64,000 nucleotides of DNA, taken from the NCBI GenBank assembly GCA_045807725.1, contig JBJMGV010000115.1:452-64451 (forward strand), read 5' to 3'. Position 1 is the stretch's first letter. Every line of letters begins with the position of its first letter. The notes beneath the pieces were generated by a model, which had not been told where the DNA came from, did not search any database, and saw only the letters and a list, made by a program, of their open reading frames with translations. Origin of the DNA: Blastocatellia bacterium. GTDB taxonomy: Bacteria; Acidobacteriota; Blastocatellia; UBA7656. The position numbers were made by a program, and so were the translations under genes. Positions 59,201 to 64,000 of this stretch are shown here, piece after piece.

Positions 59201-59339
59201 CCTGCACCGGCGTAACGTCGGGGAAGGCATCGACGTTCAACTTGTAAAGCGCCAAAATGCCGCCAGCCGTAATCAGCATCGAGACGACGGCAACCAGCAA
59301 TCGCTCGCGGTAAAAGAAGGCAATGAAATTGTCGGTCAT
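56253..59339 (-). CDS. czcA: Heavy-metal efflux RND permease (CzcA/CusA family)
   Basis: 1028 aa, 12 TM. HME-family N-terminus ...AFPDVTPVQVEI... Confidence 0.9.
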   Translation of the reverse strand: MTDNFIAFFYRERLLVAVVSMLITAGGILALYKLNVDAFPDVTPVQVEIDTEAQGLAPQEVEQLITFPIENVMNGISGVVRVLSDSKFGLSVVTVYFSDDIDIYFARQQVLERLSLAKDRIPAGFEPQMGPITTGTGQIYLYEIAGRGKSIQELRTIQDWIVKLQLRTVPGVADVLSFGGDVKQYQVIANQQALVNYNISLKALFEAVQANNQNAGANFLEHGDEQYIVRGIGLVKDIQDIKNIVLDSRNGTPIRVSDVASVEIGNEMRQGAVTKDGHGEIVTGIVLKRINENTKQVIERVKEKVTEINKALPEGVSIVDYYDQSELVDNSIHTVVESLIEGEALVLLILLLLLGDFRSSLITAAAIPFCMLVAFILMWYSGLSANLTSLGGLAISIGMMVDATVVMVENIYRHLEEHREHSTREAILVAAQEIGRPMFFAILIIVAVFFPVFTLQGIEGKLFKPLAYAVTFSMIGSMLMALCIAPMLCAMWLRLKRGEPRANPIIKFIKGIYVPVLKWTIAHRYVTILIAIGLILWSVAEGFILGSEFLPTIDEGNMLVRATMPASISLTRAIEVSSQIEKSLREFPEVETIVAKIGRAELGGDPESVSNDELYVRLKPKEKWTTAKTKDELVDAMRHRVEGFPGVKFNFSQVIQTRNDELISGINAQIAVKIFGEDQETLTRTAEAIRDAMSDTHGVEDLAVEQVAGEEHLEIALERDKIARYGLNIADVLEVVKIAIGGDEATDVLEGQRRFAIFVRLQEDFRNQVEKLNDILITAPVGGRIPLGQLATFKLSSGESIVSRENSLRRIVVMCNVKGRDIGSFVHDAQQKVASQVKIPPGYFITWGGQFENEQQAVHRLLIAIPISLLLVFVLIYACFNSLRNTLTIIFNIPIALVGSTTFLLISGFPLSVPAIVGFIAVFGVAVQNGMVMVSYINKLRDGGMSLDDAVITGASVRLRAELLSALIGSISLIPFIISSGTGAEIEKPLAIVVVGGLVTRPLKIVILPMVYEWVERRAARRAEKAAE

Positions 59340-59375
59340 AATCGGACCATAATCGCTTGATGGCTCATGCCGCCT

Positions 59376-60596
59376 CTATTGTTCGGGTTTGCTTTGTTGC
59401 AGCAACAGGTAGTTTCCCTTCACCACCACTTTGTCGCCCGCCTTTAGCCCGTCACGAATTTCAACCCGGTCGTTGCTCTGTATCCCGGCGCTGACGACGC
59501 GCTTCTCGTAGCCGCTGCCGCTGGCGACGAAGACCACCTTTTGCCCGCCATCATCGAGCAAAGCCGATTGAGGAATTGAAATGGCGCTGCGATTCACGTC
59601 TGTAACGATCTCCACATTGGCAAACATCTCCGGCTTGAGTGTGCCGCCCCGGTTTGGCACCTCTGTGCGAACCTTGAGGCTGCGGGTTTCTGGATCGACC
59701 ACACTCGAAACCAGGATGACCCGGCCTAAGAAGGTCACGCCGGGAAAGGCAGGGACTGTGACTTTCACCTCCTGGCCAAGCTTGACGCGTTCAAGGTCTT
59801 TTTCAAACACATTCGCATCGATCCAGACGCTCGATATATCGATGATCTTAAAAAGGCTGGCGTCCGTGCCGACGGTCGCGCCGATGGTGGCGTTGCGTTC
59901 GACGACAATGCCGGCGATTGGCGAGGTCAGCGAAAAGACGGCGGTAAAGTCTGTCCTGGTTGTGAGCGCGTTGATATCCGACTCCTTCAAGCCGAGGATG
60001 AGCAGGCGGCGGCGAGCGGCTGCCAGCGCCGCTTTCGTCGATGCGATAGTATTTGCTGCCGATGCCTTTGCCACTTCAAGATCGTGCTCGGCAGCCTGAA
60101 GATTTTTTCCCGCCGTGATGGTCTTCTCGAAGAGCATCTTGGTGCGGTCGTAGGTGCTCTGGGCGAGCTTGATCTCGGCTTCCGAGGTGCGGCGCGCATT
60201 CTCATATTCGGCGAGCGCCTTGAGATAATCCGATTCGGCTTCGTCTATGTCTGATGATTCCAGGTCGGCCAGCTTCTGTCCCTTGCTGACGACGCTGCCC
60301 TGACCGGCGTAAAGGCGAACGAGCCGGCCTTCATGAACAGGGCCGATGTTTGCCATGCGGTCCTCGGAGACGAGTATCTTCCCCGTCGCAACTATCGCCC
60401 CGGCGATGGGCTGTGGCACTACCGTTTCGGTCTCTATGGCATGGCTTGCGGCAGACTCCGAGGTGGTTGCGGCGGCCTGCCCGCTGGCTGGGCTTGCGGG
60501 AGCATCCGTAGTCTTCTTGCAGCCGCTACACACCACCGTGAAAAGCGCCGCGAGCAAGAAGGCGCGCAGGTTGCGTCGAAAAAACATATCGGACAT
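59376..60596 (-). CDS. czcB: RND efflux membrane fusion protein (CzcB/CusB family), lipoprotein
   Basis: Lipoprotein signal LFTVVCSGC, biotinyl-lipoyl-like and beta-barrel MFP domains. Start at internal ATG MSDMFF. Confidence 0.8.
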   Translation of the reverse strand: MSDMFFRRNLRAFLLAALFTVVCSGCKKTTDAPASPASGQAAATTSESAASHAIETETVVPQPIAGAIVATGKILVSEDRMANIGPVHEGRLVRLYAGQGSVVSKGQKLADLESSDIDEAESDYLKALAEYENARRTSEAEIKLAQSTYDRTKMLFEKTITAGKNLQAAEHDLEVAKASAANTIASTKAALAAARRRLLILGLKESDINALTTRTDFTAVFSLTSPIAGIVVERNATIGATVGTDASLFKIIDISSVWIDANVFEKDLERVKLGQEVKVTVPAFPGVTFLGRVILVSSVVDPETRSLKVRTEVPNRGGTLKPEMFANVEIVTDVNRSAISIPQSALLDDGGQKVVFVASGSGYEKRVVSAGIQSNDRVEIRDGLKAGDKVVVKGNYLLLQQSKPEQ

Positions 60597-60612
60597 CCTT
60601 TCGCATACGCCG

Positions 60613-62052
60613 CTACTTTTGCAGCGGCGTTGCGGTCGCCATTTCAAGATCGAGTAGCGACATCTGGTAATCAAAAAGCGCCTGGTAATAACTGGCCAGT
60701 GTTTCACGCCGCGTGCGGATCGCATCCAGCAAGTCCAGCGTCGAGCCTTCACCGGCTTTCAATGAGAATTCGGTGAGCTTCTGAATCTCATCGACTTTCG
60801 TCAGCACGCCGGTGCGATAAAGCTCAACTCGCCGCTTCTGAATCTCGAAGGCCGCCAGCGCCTTATCGACATCGTTGAGCACCTGATTGGCAAGCATCTT
60901 CTGATCGTTCTGCGCCTTCTTTTTTTGAATCAGCGCCTTGACGCGCTCGCCCTGGTTGCGATCAAACACCGGCAGAACAAAGCCGATACCGATGCTATAG
61001 GTTTTATCGACCAGCACCTGCTTGATGCCTACGCCGATATTGAGGTCAGGAATGCGCTGCGCGTCCTGCAAGCGAATGGCTGAATCGGCAGCGAGTTCGC
61101 TGATTTGTGCGGCCTTGAGGTCGGGCCGAGCCGCCAGCGATTTATCGCGCAGCTCGGCAAGCGAGAACTGGTAAGGCTGGTAGTCGAGGGAGCCGGCAAC
61201 CGCTACATCCATGGCTCGATAATCGCCGCCCAAGGCCAGCCGAAAATCGCGCACAGCGATTTCGTAATCCCTTTGCGAATTGGCCACGTCGGTGTCGAAC
61301 TTGAATTTTTCGACTTCGAGCCGACTCAGGTCCAACCCCGAAATCTCGCCCAGTTGATAAAGCTCGGTCGAATGCTTGATGGTTTCGGCAAAAGTTTTCT
61401 GGTTCTCTTGCGCAAGCCCCAGCAGCGATTCGGCCAGCACTGCGGTATAGAACTTTTTCTTCAGATCGGTGGTCAACTGCCAGATGGTTGTTTGAAACTC
61501 TGCGCGGGCCAACTCGGCATTGGCGTTGGCGGTATCGATGCGCTTGCCGCGCTTGCCGCCAAGCTCAAAGGTCTGCGAGATGCTGTAGGTGATCTCCTGT
61601 TCTTTGAAGAACGGGCCGCTGAAATCCAAAGGGAGCTGCTCAAAACCGGCGCTGAATTCAGGATTCGGGCGAAGCCGCGCCGTCAGCTTTTCTGCGTCCG
61701 CCGTTGCGATGTCGTAGCGGCCCGCGACGAGTTGTAAGTTATGTTGCAGAAAAATCGCCACGGCGTCCGCCAGCGTGACCGATCTATTGGCCGCCGGCAC
61801 GGGCGGTTGCTGCCGGGAGTGGAGCATCTCGACAATGGTGGCGTTGAGGCCCTTCAAAGGTGGTTGCGGCGACTTTTCTTGCGCCAGAATGGCAGGAGTC
61901 GTGAACGTGACTAAGAGCAGGCTGGCGAGGCACCTCAGGCGGCGACTCTCTTGTGGATGGCGGCATGAGGCGCTGCCTGATCGATCCAGTAAAACCATAG
62001 AATCGCGTCGCTCAACGAAACGGCGCAGAGGATTTTTAGTGCGTCGAGACAT
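60613..62052 (-). CDS. czcC: TolC-like outer membrane efflux protein (CzcC family)
   Basis: Signal peptide, two OEP repeats. Confidence 0.8.
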   Translation of the reverse strand: MSRRTKNPLRRFVERRDSMVLLDRSGSASCRHPQESRRLRCLASLLLVTFTTPAILAQEKSPQPPLKGLNATIVEMLHSRQQPPVPAANRSVTLADAVAIFLQHNLQLVAGRYDIATADAEKLTARLRPNPEFSAGFEQLPLDFSGPFFKEQEITYSISQTFELGGKRGKRIDTANANAELARAEFQTTIWQLTTDLKKKFYTAVLAESLLGLAQENQKTFAETIKHSTELYQLGEISGLDLSRLEVEKFKFDTDVANSQRDYEIAVRDFRLALGGDYRAMDVAVAGSLDYQPYQFSLAELRDKSLAARPDLKAAQISELAADSAIRLQDAQRIPDLNIGVGIKQVLVDKTYSIGIGFVLPVFDRNQGERVKALIQKKKAQNDQKMLANQVLNDVDKALAAFEIQKRRVELYRTGVLTKVDEIQKLTEFSLKAGEGSTLDLLDAIRTRRETLASYYQALFDYQMSLLDLEMATATPLQK

Positions 62053-62807
62053 CCGATCACCTTCACCTTCATCGGCTGTTTAAGTGATTGTTAGTTGTGC
62101 GAATGAGATCAATCCCGGCAGTCTCAAAGCCGGATCGCACCCCCGAACGCCTGATCGGCTATCATCGGTAGGAAAGGCACGCCCGCCGCAGGCTGATCAT
62201 TTTGCATCGGTAATGTTTGGAGCGGGCAGGCAGATGAGCCGTGCCACCGTCGCTTTAGGCGAGAGGCGGTGCGCGATTGGAGAGGATGAGGGACACCCCA
62301 TTAGAGAGAGGTTCCGAAATGAACGTTTTCGAGCTTACAGGCTTCGGACAGATATCGGGAGGTATCGAGATGGGCCGGGTACCGGCAACCAAGTTGCGCT
62401 GCAAGCAGCACGACAGGCAGCACGTATCGCTGCTGGTTCCAGATGGTTTGCCTGGGTCGCTGCTGCGGCTCGCCTCAACGCTACAAGTCGCGAGCCTCGG
62501 AACGCGTTGCCCGCTGCCGTGATGGTGGGTGACGGTCACCAGAAAGGAGTGCGCCACAAGGCATAGCAGCACGACCGCTCTTGCAAACGACCTCGCGTTG
62601 CTGGCTCTCGAATAGTTGCCGAGCACTCTCAAAAACGGTGTCCTCTTTGATTGCAGGATGGAAAATCAATTAAACAGGAAGACGGTTGTGCCGTCAATGA
62701 AAGGAAGGTCGGCAAGCTATAGTGCGGAGTTGCGCGGATTCAAAGATCGGTCAAAATCGCCGAGGCTGGTCCCTGCGGCGCGACCATGATTTACTGACCT
62801 GTGATGA

Positions 62808-62966
62808 TGTCCTAATCTGAGAGTTCAGACGTTCTACGCCTCGCTGACAGATGAATTGCTTCCTACGACCAAAGCAGCGCGCACGGCGATGGCCTACAGA
62901 CGGGATGTTGACTTCCTCTCCGGTTGGATTGCGGCGGCGGAGCAGATAGTCCAGACGGGCGATTAA
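62808..62966 (+). pseudogene. Tyrosine recombinase / integrase N-terminal (SAM-like domain) remnant
   Basis: Open frame ...TFYASLTDELLPTTKAARTAMAYRRDVDFLSGWIAAAEQ* matches the Phage_int_SAM consensus T..AYRRDL..F..W. It is about 50 codons, bounded by stops, with no catalytic domain. Confidence 0.4.
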
Positions 62967-62987
62967 GTGAAATTCTCTTGCTCGGAA

Positions 62988-63680
62988 CTATCGCCTGGCT
63001 AAACTCACCAAAACGGTTCGCGCTTCTTCGACTGTACTGATTGGGGAGTCGAAATCTACCCTCAGTTTTCGCTTGTCGGCCAACATATCAAACCCTTCAC
63101 TGTCGATCCCCACCATGCTTATGGCATTCGCCTTGACGCCCTTCAGTACGTCGCAATAATGAAACAACGCTTGCTGGTGATCTTGATTCATATGTTCGAC
63201 TATGCGACTCTCGGCTTCGCGGAATGGGTTCCTGATGAGCATCGCAGCCGGTTCAATCCAGTAGATTTCTCCAAATCCGCCGATAAAGCGCGCTTGCCGC
63301 AAGCCGATGCGATAGAACGAGAAATCATGCGTCTCAAAGTAGGATGCGGAGGAAGGAAAGTAGCGTAGATAGCGCAGGCGTGCGTCTGTATCGGGCGGCG
63401 GGATTGATTTCGCGTCTCCGATCCAGGTCAGGCGGCTGCTTGCCTGGGGATCGTCAGCGCCCTGCTCGAAGACCGTGAGCGACACCTTGTTGTTGCGTTT
63501 GATATTGCGGGTATGTTGGGCAATGTCACTGATGAGCAGGGTGGGCGATCCGTCGTGGTCAAGGACATAAGGAACAATTGAGCCGAAGGGATAGCCTTCG
63601 ACATCTACTGAATGCGTAGAAAGCACACCCACACTCTGGTGGTTCAGCAGTCGCCTTGCGGTTAATGTGTGGTCTGACAT
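62988..63680 (-). CDS. Pyridoxamine 5'-phosphate oxidase-like FMN-binding protein with DUF2470 C-terminus (HugZ-like)
   Basis: Split-barrel N-terminal domain LNHQSVGVLSTHSVDVEGYPFGSIVPYV. Confidence 0.55.
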   Translation of the reverse strand: MSDHTLTARRLLNHQSVGVLSTHSVDVEGYPFGSIVPYVLDHDGSPTLLISDIAQHTRNIKRNNKVSLTVFEQGADDPQASSRLTWIGDAKSIPPPDTDARLRYLRYFPSSASYFETHDFSFYRIGLRQARFIGGFGEIYWIEPAAMLIRNPFREAESRIVEHMNQDHQQALFHYCDVLKGVKANAISMVGIDSEGFDMLADKRKLRVDFDSPISTVEEARTVLVSLARR

Positions 63681-63932
63681 GCCTGCTATTCTACCTGATT
63701 CTCTGTTGGCAATGCTCGCCCGTCTTGCAAGCCCGACAATGATTAGTACCGATGCAGTGTTTTCTCCAGGTCAACATTGTTCCTGTGGTCATTCAGAACG
63801 CCGGGCAGGTGAATGTGGCGACTGAGGACGGGCCGCAGATAGAAGATGCAGAAGGAAGGAATGGCAAGGGATAATTCATGTGTGCCATCGGGGATTCATG
63901 AAAATGTGCTTTGCGGCTAGACTTAGAATCTA

Positions 63933-64000
63933 ATGAACATCATTTCTCTCGAAGATATCTGTAAGAGTTACGGCAACAAGCCACTGTTTGAGGGCGTGAC
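63933..64000 (+). CDS. ABC transporter ATP-binding protein (5' partial, runs off window)
   Basis: MNIISLEDICKSYGNKPLFEGV is a typical ABC ATPase N-terminus. Confidence 0.5.
   Translation, partial: MNIISLEDICKSYGNKPLFEGV

Noticed and set aside
62084-62632. Track ORFs 62084..62566 (+) and 62255..62632 (-)
   Set aside because: They are mutually overlapping on opposite strands. Neither has an RBS, a recognisable family or coding-like periodicity. The region is better treated as non-coding or decayed.
1-64000. tRNA or rRNA genes
   Set aside because: No cloverleaf-compatible segments with conserved T-loop (GTTCRANYC) or D-loop signatures were seen in any intergenic region. All larger gaps are accounted for by hairpins or repeats.

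Overview
This 64 kb window comes from a high-GC bacterial chromosome; Acidobacteria-like is a guess only. Several genes use AGGAGG-type Shine-Dalgarno sites. The figure-based claims below were worked out by hand from the supplied sequence and ORF track; no database search was run.

Core housekeeping blocks:
- End of the ribosomal alpha operon: rpsD, rpoA, rplQ.
- accB-accC, thiE, aspS, hisS, aroDE, cysK, proC, mpl and an HU gene.

Main finding, the thiol-redox and oxidative-stress neighbourhood (about 10.6-15.4 kb):
- Two adjacent minus-strand genes each carry an in-frame TGA at a conserved Cys position. Both were split or missed by the six-frame ORF track.
- The first is a GrdB/PrdB-family protein, 12258..13043, with TGA at 12537-12539 and a hairpin starting 11 nt downstream.
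- The second is a PrxQ/BCP-type peroxiredoxin, 13087..13548, with TGA at 13411-13413. It replaces the peroxidatic Cys in the motif WTPVUT.
- Both look like genuine selenoproteins.
- Next to them sit a divergent Fur/PerR-family regulator with a perfect 7-1-7 PerR-like palindrome (TTAGAATTATTCTAA) 8 bp upstream of its ATG, a typical 2-Cys AhpC, a TlpA-like thioredoxin and a TPR-thioredoxin protein.

Other candidate systems and notable regions:
- A translationally coupled three-gene module: a minimal HipA-like kinase, a DUF3037 protein with a GTG start inside the kinase 3' end, and a Uma2-family endonuclease. It looks like an uncharacterised toxin-antitoxin or defence-like module.
- A decayed type I R-M locus (5'-truncated hsdM, 3'-truncated hsdS, 5'-truncated hsdR, an intact YgjP-like M48 peptidase). 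It abuts a czcCBA heavy-metal RND efflux operon, a DUF305 protein, a secreted beta-propeller-like protein, two tiny secreted basic peptides and a tyrosine-integrase N-terminal remnant. This looks like a degraded metal-resistance/R-M island.
- A 545-bp ORF-free mosaic of four short palindromic repeat units at 31.03-31.57 kb.
- Long heptad-built imperfect hairpins in the accB leader and the accB-accC spacer; similar structures recur at other gene junctions.

Many long antisense ORFs in the track are GC-driven artefacts. Several track ORFs have N-terminal extensions; those starts were corrected using RBS and family N-termini.
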